Assembly: GCA_030770535.1 (NCBI GenBank)
Contig: JASVEC010000002.1
Location: 620,001 to 684,000, forward strand
Origin: Batkoa obscura
Taxonomy: Eukaryota
Length of the DNA stretch: 64,000 bases
Reading direction: 5' to 3'
The notes under the pieces were generated by a model that made no database searches, was not told the origin of the DNA, and saw only the letters and a list, made by a program, of their open reading frames with translations. A program made the translations under genes and the position numbers. Within the stretch, counting starts at the first letter, position 1. The number at the start of each line of letters is the position of its first letter. This document shows positions 28,223-40,020 of the stretch, piece by piece.

Positions 28223-28436
28223 ATATTTTGAATCCTGGACATTGTAGATGAGTGATGTCAATGATTGCTACGCTAGCATTTCAGATAAAAAATTGTATAT
28301 TTATGAATTAAGTAATTTTTTATTTAGTATGTATTATACGAAATATAGGTGATTTAAATTGGAACAAAATTTGATATATGTGATATATTTAGCTAATTTT
28401 TGGAAGAACTAATTAATTATAATTATAAGTCTTTTT

Positions 28437-29050
28437 CAATTGTAAAAAGTTTGTTCATCATGATGTTTCAAGAATAGAAATTCAAAATCTGCTAAAAAGT
28501 AGCTATAATTTTCATCAAGATAACAAAAATATTTTTATATCTTTCTCAAATTGCTAAAAGATCCTTATCATTAATAACATCTTCAGTTTCTTCCAAGCTA
28601 ATTCCTCCAATATTAAAAGGCTCCTTATCAACTATCATTATGCCCTTTAAAGCATAATCTAAGTATGCATTTTGTCCAATAATAACAACACACATATTCT
28701 TTACTTCTGATGCAAATAGTGTTTCAACAAATATAGTGGCACTTTCAATCCTTGTAGCTGTTAGCCCTATTCGCCATTACTAATAATTTTATCTATATGG
28801 GGGTGTATTTTTTTGTTTAAGAATTTTACTACAATCTTTCCGCTCAAATAGCGCTTAAAAAATGGAAAAATAATGAAACAAAAAAAAATAGCCCCATATA
28901 ATTAAGAACATTAATACCGCACAGTTTTAGTGTTAAATGCTTGATTGAAAAACTACTATTTTTGTAAATATTTGATCTAAGCGATTAAGTGTCTTTATTA
29001 ATTTACATAATTGTAAGAACAAAAAAGCTCAAAGGTCATTTAATATAGAA
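28437..29050 (-). pseudogene. Decayed copy of exon 2 of the NmrA-like gene, interrupted by a MITE
   Basis: Reverse complement aligns colinearly with ~16690-17249 (e.g. GAAGAAACTGAAGATGTTATTAATGATAAGGAT vs GAGGAAGCCGAGGACGTTATTAATGCTAAGGAT; AACAAACTTTTT at both 3' ends), with stops and deletions. Confidence 0.82.
28799..28895 (-). mobile_element. MITE copy inserted in the NmrA pseudogene
   Basis: GGGGGTGT...ATAGCCCC, TSD ATAT/ATAT. Confidence 0.88.
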
Positions 29051-29642
29051 AATTATTGCTATAGTTAATATAAATCAAGCTAAAGCTTTCAAGTTGATTT
29101 TTAATATTTTATTTCAGTGAATGAACTATTTACTTAATATAGAAAATTTCAATTAGTATCCTAAATCGATGATTAGATTTAGACCTATTCTTTCATCTTG
29201 GTAGAGAACTGAGAATATATAAGCATCGATGAATATGATGTATACTTTATGAAAATAAAAAATTATATTGATGTTTGTTAATTTTCATGAACTTATTATG
29301 ATAATCATGTTCTGTTTTGGTTATTTTTCAATTTAATACAATTATTTGGGTTTTTTTACTAGTCATTTTTATTAAAAGTTTTAATTTGTATAAATTTATT
29401 TACTTTTTAACTCTATAATAAAACAACATTTAATATTAGTTGCAATTACAATGTTTAGGAGGTTAAAACAATCATTATTAAAGTTTATAAACTAAACGTC
29501 ATTTACTTTGTTATCAATTTCAATATAATTATCGTTAATTATAACCAATATTTTAATTATAATTATTATCGTTTCTAAACTAAAATCAGTAACGTTTTTC
29601 AATAACGCCAAATTAACAAATTTTCTAATCTTAACATAATAT

Positions 29643-29743
29643 GGGGGTGTTTTTTTGGCTTCATTACTTTTTCCATTTTTTAAGTGGCATTATTTGAGTG
29701 GAAAAATTATCAGAAAAATTCTTAAACACAAAAATACATCCGC
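29643..29743 (+). mobile_element. MITE copy
   Basis: GGGGGTGT...ACATCCGC, TSD ATAT/ATAT. Confidence 0.87.
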
Positions 29744-30977
29744 ATATCCTCCTTCTCACTCTTGCTTCCCCTCATCCTTCACTCGTTTATTTATTATTCA
29801 GTTTCTTTATAATTTTATTTAGCCCCAATAATAAACCACTTGGGAGTTTACTTTCAAAATTTTAAAAAAATCTGTTTTGCTAAAAAGATTAAATAAAAGT
29901 AACAAGATATAAATGTTTTTAAATATGTGAATTATTATCAACTCCTCCCAGCTTCCGTTTTTTTACTGTATTATGACACCATAAAAATACCTATAATTTC
30001 TTCAAAGGCACGTTATAAAATATATAAATTAAGAAAAATCCAGCAACTTCTGTTAGTAATATAAAATCTTTATCATAATATGAAAAAAGGGATACAATGT
30101 TTTATATAAATATTAAATTTTCATACAAATGTTCAAAGATTATAAACTTCATATCGTGTAAAAAATAAAACATATAATGATAAATGTAAGATACTAAAAA
30201 TAATTCTATGTTGTTTTGGGCAGTTTTAATAAAGCTATATCATTTATAAAAAACGTATTAAATTAAAAATCATATTAATACATTGAGAAAACAGTAAGAA
30301 TAAATTAATAAAGGAATGATACAATATCCATCTTAATTTTCGACGATTATTTCTAATTTGAGTTTTAACTATTCTTTAAATTCTTCGAACCATTGAGTTT
30401 TATTGACTATTTTTTTACCTTTAAGCTTAGGAACTAATATTTTTTTGTTCAGGTGGGAGATCATGAGTCTAAAAAACAAACAAGATATTTTTAGTTATCA
30501 AGCTTTTATAGAATATAACGATCTGATGAGTAGAGATAGATTATATAATTTAATGGTTGAGTATAGTATCAATACTCTCTATAGAAGGTTCAAGAAGATG
30601 AAAAAAAGCGCTTTCACAGTTAAAGAATAATATATCTTCTTGCCTATTATTCCTATGTTTTCGAAATTTGAATATTCGATTTCTAATTATTCTCAAAAAC
30701 TACATCATTTGATTACGCCAATATAATCTATCGAAGACTTGAAAGTCATTTGTTGTCAAATACGAGATTTTTGAGCTAAAAGTAGTAAATTATTTAAGTC
30801 ATTTGATTTCTTATTTAAATCATACCTAATATTACACAGTTGAAAAAATCTTGCCTAATAAAAGATGGATATATAAGTGTCTGAAATAGCAATCTAATGG
30901 AAAACAAACCTTTAGTTTGAATCTATCTAATTTTTTTTATCCTTTGTATATCTCATTAATATATAGCTTTTTTTAAT

Positions 30978-33900
30978 ATGGTGAAATTTAATCCCTCTGT
31001 AATATATTTGTTAGGTGGAAGTATTGGATTAGTACTTTCACACGGTACTGGTCAATTTGGTGATCATTACTCTCCAGAGACTGTCAGTAATGCTGGTCCT
31101 CAAGCTGATGACGGTAAAGCTGGTAAAGACAATGATGAACTCCCACTTCGTCCACTTGGTGAATGGGACATTAAAAAATCCTTGAATAAAAAACTTGGCT
31201 ATAAAGTTAAAGAAGCTACCTGGGTTAATGTTGATGTCAGTCCAGATGGTGGTGAGCTTCTTTTTGATGTTCTTGGTGATATCTACACCCTCCCAGTAAC
31301 TGGTGGGAAAGCTAAACCTCTCCTTACTGGTCCTTCTTTTGAAGTTCAAGCTAAATACTCTAAAGATGGTAAACGTATTTTATTCACTTCAGATCGCTCT
31401 GGAATTGATAATCTTTGGACTGTTGATAGAGATGGTAAGAGTAACCCAACTCAAATCAGTAATGAAAATTACCGTTTTGTTACTAATGGTCATTGGTCTC
31501 CAAAGGGTGATAAAGTTGTTGGTGTCAAATGGTATACTTCTTCACGTTCCATTCCAGCTGGTACTATCCATGAATATGATCTTGCAACAAAGAAAGCTAC
31601 CAAATTAATCGGTGCTGTTAATGAACAAGTAGGTGTTGAAGAGCCAATTTATGACCCTAATCACCCTGACCTTATTTATTACTCTGGTAATAGCGTTGAT
31701 AAGGGCAGATGGCAATATAGTAAAGACCCACATAAGGGTATCTTTAACATTTACTCCTTTAATACTACTTCCCAAGAAAAGGAAACCATTACTGGCGGAA
31801 CTGGTGGTGCTGCTCGTCCTACTCCATCCAACAGTGGCAAATATTTGGCCTTTGTACGTAAAATTGAATTTAATTGGGGATTAGTTGTACGCGAACTCGA
31901 AACTGGTAATGAGAAAATTCTCTGGGAAGGTTTATCCCGTGATAACCAAGAATCTAGCGCTTCCAACGGTGTCTATCCTCGTTTTTCATGGACCAAAGAT
32001 GATCAATCTATCATTATTTGGGCTAAAGGAAAGCTTTGGAATGTCCCAGTTGACTCTAGACCAATTAAGGAAATTCCTTTTGAAGTTGATGTTAACTTAG
32101 ACATTGCTGAAACTGTTCGTCCAAAGATTGATTTAGTTGACTTTAATTGTAATGGTGAATTCAAAAACGCTGCTGTCAAATATTATGATGTTTCTCATGA
32201 CGGAAAAAAAGTAGTCTTTGTAGTTGTTGGAAAAACTTATGTCAAAGATTTAGAAAGTGGAAAGATTGAGGAAATTAAACTTCCAAGTTCAGAACAAAAT
32301 CGCTATAGCCCTAACTTCCATCCTACTGACTCTAACATCGTTATCCAAGGAAGATGGAGTGACAAAAACATGACCACTGTTGAAATCCTTGATCTCAAAC
32401 AAAACAAGGTTGTTTCTGAAGTAAAATTACCACCTGGTAGATATGACTTTTTTTCTTTATCTCATGACAGTAAATCTATTGCTGTAACCAAATCATCCGG
32501 TGATGACATTTCAGGGAACTCTTTATATACTACTAAACCAGGTGTATACATTGGTCAAATTGATTCAAGCTACCAACTTGTTAAAGACTCTTTCAAATTA
32601 AACATTCCATTCGAATCTGCTCAAGCTAAGTTCTCTGCTGATGGCAAAAAATTAAAGATTTCTGGTGTTACAAACAGCCCATATATCTTTGATATCAATA
32701 CTCAAGAATCAGTCAGCTATGGTTCAGTTAAAGACTCTTACCAAGGATCAGATGTATCTTTCGACGCTTCCAAATTTATTTTCAACCAATATCATCATGT
32801 TTTCCTTTCTTCAGCTTCAGCTGATCCAAAATTCGTTTATTGGTCTAAACCTGGTTCTCAACCAAAAGATGTTGTTAGACTTACCTCTGATGGTGGTGAA
32901 TACCCTATCATTAGTAATGGAAGGGTCTATTATCTTTTAGGTTCTTCTTTATATGAAGCTGATATCGCCGCCGTTCAAGCTAAATGTGGTGCCGTTGCTG
33001 CTCAAGATACCAATAAATTTGGTGCTGATTGTGCTAAAGACTTATTAAAGAAGCACGATCTTTCAGTTGTCCTTAAAACCAACAAACCAAGTGATGACGA
33101 TGTATTTGTTCTTGATAATGCTGTTATTGTTACTATGCAAACTGGAGATGAAAAGAAAGATATCATTAAAGACGGTCGTCTTGTAGTTAAAGGCAATAAA
33201 ATTCTTTCCGTTGGTAGAACCTGGGATACTAAAATTCCACAAAATGCTAAAGTTTATAACCTCAATGGTGGTGTTGTAGTTCCAGGTTTCATCGATGCTC
33301 ATGCCCATTGGAATACTCCTCAATTCCCAGTTCAAGGCCATTGGGAACAGCAACTTCAACTTGCTTACGGTGTTACTACTCAACACAACCCATCTTATGA
33401 TAATGTTGATAATTATGTTGAACAAGATTATGAGCGCTCCGGTAGATTGGTTGCTCCAAGATTATTTGGTACTGGTTCTATTCTTTATGGTGCTGCTGGT
33501 CCTTATAGAGTTGAAATTAACTCTATTGAAGACGCTTTATCTGCTCTTCGTCGCCATAAATCATATGGTGCTTGGTCAGTAAAATCTTACAATCAACCTG
33601 CCCGTTCAGCCCGTCAAATGGTTCTTGAAGCTGCTAGAAAACTTGGTGTTACTGTTGTACCTGAAGGCGGTATGAATGGTTATTGGAATATTAATCAAAT
33701 TATTGATGGCCATACCACTATTGAGCATTCTCTTCCAAGTGGTACTATTTATCAAGATATCATCCAATTATTTGCTAAAGCTGGTACTGCTTGGACCCCA
33801 ACTCTTATTGTATCTTATGGTGGTATTATGGGTGAAAACTGGGCTTACCAAAATACCAATGTATGGGAAGAAAGTAACCTTAGAGAATTCCATCCACTTC

Positions 33901-34355
33901 GTCCACTTGAAGCTGATACATTCCGTAGACCAGCTGCTGATGATAGGGATTATGTTCATTTTGAAATTGCTCGTTCTACTCGTGATGTCATCCGCCAAGG
34001 CGGTCTTGTCAATGCAGGTGCTCATGGACAAAGAAAGGGCGTTGGTTATCATTGGGAGTTAAAATTCTTTTCTCAAGGTAACCTTACCAATTATGAAGTA
34101 CTTAAAGTTGCCACTCGTAACCCTGCTCAATCCCTTGGTCTCCATGGTGTTGGTCAACTTAAGCCTGGTTTCTTAGCTGATTTGGTTATTTATAAGAGTG
34201 AAAATTCACCACTCAAATCTATTGATAACTCTAGAAAGATTGAGAAGGTTGTACTTAATGGTTTCGTCTATGATTCTAATCTAGCTAAGGAGTTTCCAAC
34301 CAAGGCCCCTGCTCCTTCCATCCCTATCTTTAACCACGAATTAGTACATGCCTAA
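30978..34355 (+). CDS. Secreted TolB/PD40 beta-propeller + metal-dependent amidohydrolase protein (1125 aa)
   Basis: Signal peptide; propeller blades (DVSPDG, YSKDGKRILFTSDRSG, WSPKG, FSWTKD); amidohydrolase motifs VVPGFIDAHAH, TTIEH, GAHGQ and G.LKPGFLADLVI; intronless. Confidence 0.9.
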   Translation: MVKFNPSVIYLLGGSIGLVLSHGTGQFGDHYSPETVSNAGPQADDGKAGKDNDELPLRPLGEWDIKKSLNKKLGYKVKEATWVNVDVSPDGGELLFDVLGDIYTLPVTGGKAKPLLTGPSFEVQAKYSKDGKRILFTSDRSGIDNLWTVDRDGKSNPTQISNENYRFVTNGHWSPKGDKVVGVKWYTSSRSIPAGTIHEYDLATKKATKLIGAVNEQVGVEEPIYDPNHPDLIYYSGNSVDKGRWQYSKDPHKGIFNIYSFNTTSQEKETITGGTGGAARPTPSNSGKYLAFVRKIEFNWGLVVRELETGNEKILWEGLSRDNQESSASNGVYPRFSWTKDDQSIIIWAKGKLWNVPVDSRPIKEIPFEVDVNLDIAETVRPKIDLVDFNCNGEFKNAAVKYYDVSHDGKKVVFVVVGKTYVKDLESGKIEEIKLPSSEQNRYSPNFHPTDSNIVIQGRWSDKNMTTVEILDLKQNKVVSEVKLPPGRYDFFSLSHDSKSIAVTKSSGDDISGNSLYTTKPGVYIGQIDSSYQLVKDSFKLNIPFESAQAKFSADGKKLKISGVTNSPYIFDINTQESVSYGSVKDSYQGSDVSFDASKFIFNQYHHVFLSSASADPKFVYWSKPGSQPKDVVRLTSDGGEYPIISNGRVYYLLGSSLYEADIAAVQAKCGAVAAQDTNKFGADCAKDLLKKHDLSVVLKTNKPSDDDVFVLDNAVIVTMQTGDEKKDIIKDGRLVVKGNKILSVGRTWDTKIPQNAKVYNLNGGVVVPGFIDAHAHWNTPQFPVQGHWEQQLQLAYGVTTQHNPSYDNVDNYVEQDYERSGRLVAPRLFGTGSILYGAAGPYRVEINSIEDALSALRRHKSYGAWSVKSYNQPARSARQMVLEAARKLGVTVVPEGGMNGYWNINQIIDGHTTIEHSLPSGTIYQDIIQLFAKAGTAWTPTLIVSYGGIMGENWAYQNTNVWEESNLREFHPLRPLEADTFRRPAADDRDYVHFEIARSTRDVIRQGGLVNAGAHGQRKGVGYHWELKFFSQGNLTNYEVLKVATRNPAQSLGLHGVGQLKPGFLADLVIYKSENSPLKSIDNSRKIEKVVLNGFVYDSNLAKEFPTKAPAPSIPIFNHELVHA

Positions 34356-35014
34356 TCTTTTAATTTAAAAGTATAATAAATAATTCATTATGTTCAATTC
34401 GTAGATTTTTAATGATGTTTTTTAAATATACAATTTGCAAAAGATAAATTTCAAACAGATTTTATAAATTCTCAATGCTTGATATTTTATAATACATAAT
34501 CATTAAAAGCAGTGCTAATTTAGTTTGGTCCATAAAACTAAACTTCTGTTTAATAATCAGCAAATTTGTTAAACATGAGACACCATTTATTGTAGTAGTT
34601 GAAAAATAAAAAATAGAATACATAAAATATAAAACATAAAATATTAATCTTTAATCAAATATTTCATTATTAGTTTAAGTACATGAGTTAATTTTAATAT
34701 CAAAGGAAACTTAATGCAATTAATATAGAGCTTAAGAATTTCATCCATCGAAATTACACCCTGTACAGTTGTTAAAAATAATGTGGGAATCACTTTTGTT
34801 TTGTTATTTCACTGCTAATGGTTTAAAGTAAGTGCGTTTAAACTTTTTATCATTTTTATCAAACTTTTGATAATACTATAAAAATAGTATGATTTAAGCC
34901 TTAAAAGAATTCAAACTAAAAAATTTGGTCACGTTTAGTCTGGATCATTCAAATTTTTTTAAATTTTAGGCTTCAAAACATGACCAAACTAATTAAAAAA
35001 GTAGTGTTTTATTT

Positions 35015-35112
35015 GGGGATGTTTTTTTTGATTTCATTATTTTTACATCTTTTAAGCGTTATTTAAGTGGAAAAATTGCTAGTAAAATTCTTAAATACAA
35101 AAATACATCCCC
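35015..35112 (+). mobile_element. MITE copy
   Basis: Perfect GGGGATGT...ACATCCCC, TSD ATTT/ATTT. Confidence 0.9.
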
Positions 35113-35598
35113 ATTTGTTAATTTAATAGATATTTTTGTTTTTAAACAATCATAAATTTAAGATGATGATTTTCGAAAAAAACAACACTCTTACACTATT
35201 ATCCTGGATAATAGTCCCACCAACTTACAATCGAAGGGGTTTTCTCATTCCGTATATAATTAGCATATTACCAAACTCAACTAGTTTACACCATTTAAGC
35301 TCGCATTTTTAATCCATTAAAGTTTCTAATTTTTAGGGTTTAAACTCGGCTAAAGATGAAGCTTATACTCCAACCAATAAATAAACAACTTGCATACTGA
35401 GGTTCTGCATAATTGGTTGGAGTTTATGCGGTGGATTGAGGTCATCTGCTCTTTTGAAAATTTTTGGGTAAGTTGCTTAATTAATATAGAGATTTTTCGA
35501 TCATGTGCTTTCAATTGAAAAAGAGACACAGTTGAGCAATAAAAAGAGCTCATGAAAATCTACTCGAAGTCTTTTATTTAAAAAAAAGTAAAAGCTTA

Positions 35599-37657
35599 AT
35601 GTTACGTACCCTTTTAAAGAGCAGGTAAGTTAAAATGAATAATATTTTAATGTAAATGTTGAATTCCTTTATTTTTAGAAATTTAATTAGAACTATGAGC
35701 ACTTCCAAAGTCAATTTAAACTTAGCAGCTGCTACTACCTCTACTCCAGAAATAACTAAACCATTATATCAATTTCAAAATAGTTTACCAAAACTTCCAG
35801 TTCCTGAATTAGAGGCTACATTAAAGAAATATATTAAAACTGTTAAACCATTGGTATCTGAAGAGCAATATCAAAATACTTTAAAAGTAGTTGAAAAGTT
35901 TCAAAACGAAGTTGGACCCGAACTACAAAAGAGATTACAAGCTAGGGCTTCAAATGAATCTATTTTAAACTGGTTAGATGCTTGGTGGAATGATATAGCT
36001 TATTTTTCGTATCGTGATCCAGTTGTTATTTATGTATCTTATTTTTATGTTTATAATATGCTACCAAGTCAAATTAAGAATACTACCAGAGGTGCAGAGA
36101 TTATTCAAGCTGCTTTACAATTTAAAGATTTAGTTGTAAGTGAAGAACTAGAACCAGAGAAAGATCGTAAAGGACCATTATGCATGTCCACCTATAAATA
36201 CATGTTTAATGCTACTCGTATCCCAGCAGAAGGTTCGGATTATGTTGAAACTTTTGATATGGAAAAGAATCAACATGTGATTGTAGCTAGAAAAAACAAA
36301 TTTTTTAAATTGGAATTAAATAATAAAAATGGTCAACGATTATCTACCAAAGAAATTGATTATCAATTAAGTCAAATTATTGAATTAGCTGGTGATAAAG
36401 CAGATCCAAATCCTATTGGTCTTCTTACTACTCAAAATAGGGATATCTGGTTAGATGTAAGTTTATTGGCATTTCTTTTAACTATCAGTTTATTTATTTA
36501 TTTATTTAGGCACGTAATAAGTTGCTTCAACATTCTAAAAAAAATTCAGAATCATTAAATGCTGTTGAATCTGCTTCTTTCCTTTTATGTTTGGATGAAA
36601 CTTCACCTGCTAATAAAGATGAGGCTTCTAGAGCTTGCTGGCACGGAGATGGTAAAAACAGATTTTTTGATAAATCACTTCAATTTATTGTATTTGAAAA
36701 TGGGGTAGCTGGTTTCAACGGAGAAGTAAGCTTATTTTATTATACTTAATACAGTTTAATAATAATTATTTACTTTAGCATTCAAGAATGGATGGTACTC
36801 CAACTTGTCGTTTAAATGATTATGTCAATACTGTTTTAACTAAAAAACAAGTCAACCATGGTACTTCTTTCAATAAAGAAGGATTATTACCACCAACAGA
36901 ATTAAAATTTGAACTAAATAATGATATTCAAACTATTATTAAGGAATCCGAAGTTGCTTTTAATAATTTAATTAATAAACATGATCTAAAAGTGGTTAAA
37001 TCAAGCTATGGTAAAAACAGCATTAAAAAATTTAAGGTTAGTCCGGATGCCTATGCTCAAATGGTAATTCAATTAGCCTTTTATCTTTTACATGGTAAAT
37101 TTGGACCTACTTATGAATCGGCTACTACAAGAAGATTCCATTCTGGACGTACTGAAGTTTGTAGAACTGTATCTGAAGATAGTGTTGCTTTTTGTAAAGG
37201 AATGGTTAATGATCAATTAAGTTTAAAACAAAAACATGAATTAGTTTTAAAGGCAATTCAATCCCATGTAGCTTATATTTCTGATGCTGTAGAAGGTAAA
37301 GGAGTTGATAGACATTTATTAGGTCTTAAACTTAGCGTAAATAAGGATGAGCCTGTACCAGAACTATTCAAAGATCCTTCTTATACTTTTACTAGCCATT
37401 GGAACTTATCTACTTCTCAATTAAGTTCTGAACACTTTGATGGTTATGGTTGGGGTGAAGTTGTACCTGATGGTTATGGTATTGCCTATATGATTAAAAA
37501 AGATGCAATTCAATTTAATGTTACAGCTATTAAGCCAGTAAATAATACAAATGATGGTTATATCACACCCGATGTGAATGCTATGGCTGATTCACTTCAT
37601 AAATCTTTGGAGCTTATTAGAGCCGTATTTGCTGCTAGTGAAAAAGCTAAACTTTAG
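35599..37657 (+). CDS. CAT2: Carnitine O-acetyltransferase (introns 35625-35678, 36457-36509, 36726-36778)
   Basis: LPKLPVPEL, NRFFDKSLQF, catalytic GE|HSRMDG, TYESATTR.F..GRTE, GVDRHL and STS motifs; C-terminal AKL. Confidence 0.94.
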
Positions 37658-37816
37658 ATTTTCTTTACAAAAATATAATAAACTACATTTAAATATTAAT
37701 TTATCTTTTATCATTCTAATAATAGTTCTTGTTTAAAATGGAATCGATTTCAATATTGAAATTTTATAAAAACAAAATAAAATACAAGTATCTTACTACA
37801 TAATACATATAACCAT

Positions 37817-38238
37817 TTATTTTGTAACCCTTTTATCTTCCAATTCACTAAGGTATCTGAGGAGATCAGCAAGAGTAGTAAAAGTGATAGCTTTCTCAAT
37901 AGGAATATTAAAGAGTAGCTCCTTTTCTAAAGCATTAAGAAATGGAACTAAATTACTAGAGTTCACTCCCAAGTCTTTAGATAACTCCATATTGGGTTTT
38001 AACTATCAAGATAGAGATTATAAATGTGTTTTATTTGAATTACTTTTTTATCGATTACCTCTTTATCTATGCCCTGCACCTTCTTAATAATGTCAAAGAT
38101 TCTATTTTCAGCTGGATCTTCAATTTTGGATTTGAAGCCTTCAATGCTTATTCGATTGACACCATAAATCATTTGTAACTTGCCCATCTTGCTTACTCTC
38201 ACTGTTGATATCTTGGGTAATAAACGTAATAATCTCAT
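37817..38238 (-). CDS. Divergent mitochondrial acyl-carrier-protein-like protein (intron 38003-38058; 121 aa)
   Basis: Spliced: MRLLRLLPKISTVRVSK...AENRIFDIIKKVQGIDKE|LKPNMELSKDLGVNSSNLVPFLNALEKELLFNIPIEKAITFTTLADLLRYL. The ACP helix pattern DLG.xS...EE...IP...A....T..D...Y is recognisable. Confidence 0.72.
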
Positions 38239-38853
38239 TTTTTAAAATTTTTTAAAGTTTATTTTCACTTAGCATTTTATTTATAGTTTTTTATTACTTT
38301 ACGTCATGATGGGTTCATTTCTAATATTACTTAATTGTGCTTTGTTATTGTTAATTATTTAATTGGTTTGAATTCTTGGTTTAAAGTGTATAATAAAGTG
38401 TAAGCTTATTTAGTTATATAGTTATTAGCTTTGAATATTCAAATTACTATATACAATAATAGCTTTGAAGGAATTAAACCATGTAAACAATCTAAATAAT
38501 GGTCTGAATTGGTAACAAAAATAGACATGAATTTGCAAGTAGATTTTTGATAATAATACCTATTTCATTTTTTTTATTGGTATAATATCTAATATATTAA
38601 AATATACAAAATTATATACTAAAAACAATATACTACGATATTATACATATATAGAATATGATGATTTTATGTAGTATATTGATATTTATAATAATAAAAC
38701 CAAGCTTTATCAACATTTAGATTCAACAAAAAATAAAGATTATCGTTTAATCTTACAATTCAAAACATTTAAAGCATAGATCAACTTAACTATTAATAAT
38801 TTTACCAAATATATATTAAAAATAACCGGAAAAAGTATAGCCAATTTAATCAC

Positions 38854-39670
38854 TTAATTTGAAGTAGCTAAATAATCCTTAACTTCACTAGGAGAAAGAC
38901 GACGGAAGTGAGCACCGTGTTGGATACCAAAGCCAGATTGGGGCATTTGACTTGGATTTGGAACTGTAGATTCCCCAATGATACCAATTTCAATATTACT
39001 TTCATTCATAACACCTTCAAACCCTTCTTTAAGAGTTAAAATAGCGGTGTGTACTGCGTCTTCTAATAACATTTCAGCATCATATCTCTTTTCTAAGAAG
39101 CTTTTAGCAGCTACCATATTTTTACCAATGGCAGTTGCTTTCCAAGGAAAATAAGAACCAGAAGGATCCACTTGATATAAACTAGGCTCACCCTTATCAT
39201 AGCCTGCAATCAATAAAGAGACTCCAAATGGCCTTACCCCTCCTTTTTGTGTAAATTCTTGCATCACCCCAGCTACTTCTTTTACTAATGCTAAATTACT
39301 GGGATCTTCTAAATATACTCGACGATATGCTTGACTTGATTTACGTGCTCGATTCACTAATACTCGTGCATCAGGGCCCATTCCACTATAGACCATACCA
39401 ATGGTACCATTGACATTACTGATCTTTTCGCTACTACTACTATCTACTAAAATTGAACCGCTCTTTTTTTCAGTTGCTATAACAATACCGTTTTTGGCTA
39501 AATTGAAATGGTTAAGAAATTAAAGTTTGAAATTAAAAACAAATAAATTTATATTTACCTTTTATACCAACTGAAGTTACACCTTTGGAAACAGCAGTTA
39601 AGGCATGTTCGATTTGACCTAATTTACCAGAGGGTGAGAAAGTCGTCAATGAAAAATTATATTGGGACAT
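38854..39670 (-). CDS. PRE8: 20S proteasome subunit alpha-2 (one intron ~39499-39558)
   Basis: [61 protein letters not shown] and [11 protein letters not shown] motifs (PSMA2/Pre8). Confidence 0.95.
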
Positions 39671-40020
39671 ATTGGGTTATTGTTATTTTTTTAATAAACT
39701 AAAAAGCTTGGGATTTTTTTTGGAGTTTTAAATTAAGTGAGATGGTATTTTATTGGTTTATTTTTTAAGCTTTCAAGTGCTGACTTACGTCAGCCTAATA
39801 TTGTTGGAAAGTTAAGCTGAATTCGAAGAGTAGTAATAATACTTAAATATTGAATAAATAAATTTAATGGGTTTCTTTTTAAAATATAATAAAAATGAAA
39901 TTAAAATAGACTATCTTTAATAGAAAAATAAAAAAGCAAAAATAACTTAAAATGCAATAATGATTTAATGATTTTTTTAAATGGGCATATAGTCAAAAAT
40001 AAACTACAAAAATATAGCTC

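Noticed and set aside
31038..34062. Many 60-130 aa ORFs overlapping the amidohydrolase in other frames or strands
   Set aside because: Shadow ORFs caused by strong codon bias; no motifs.
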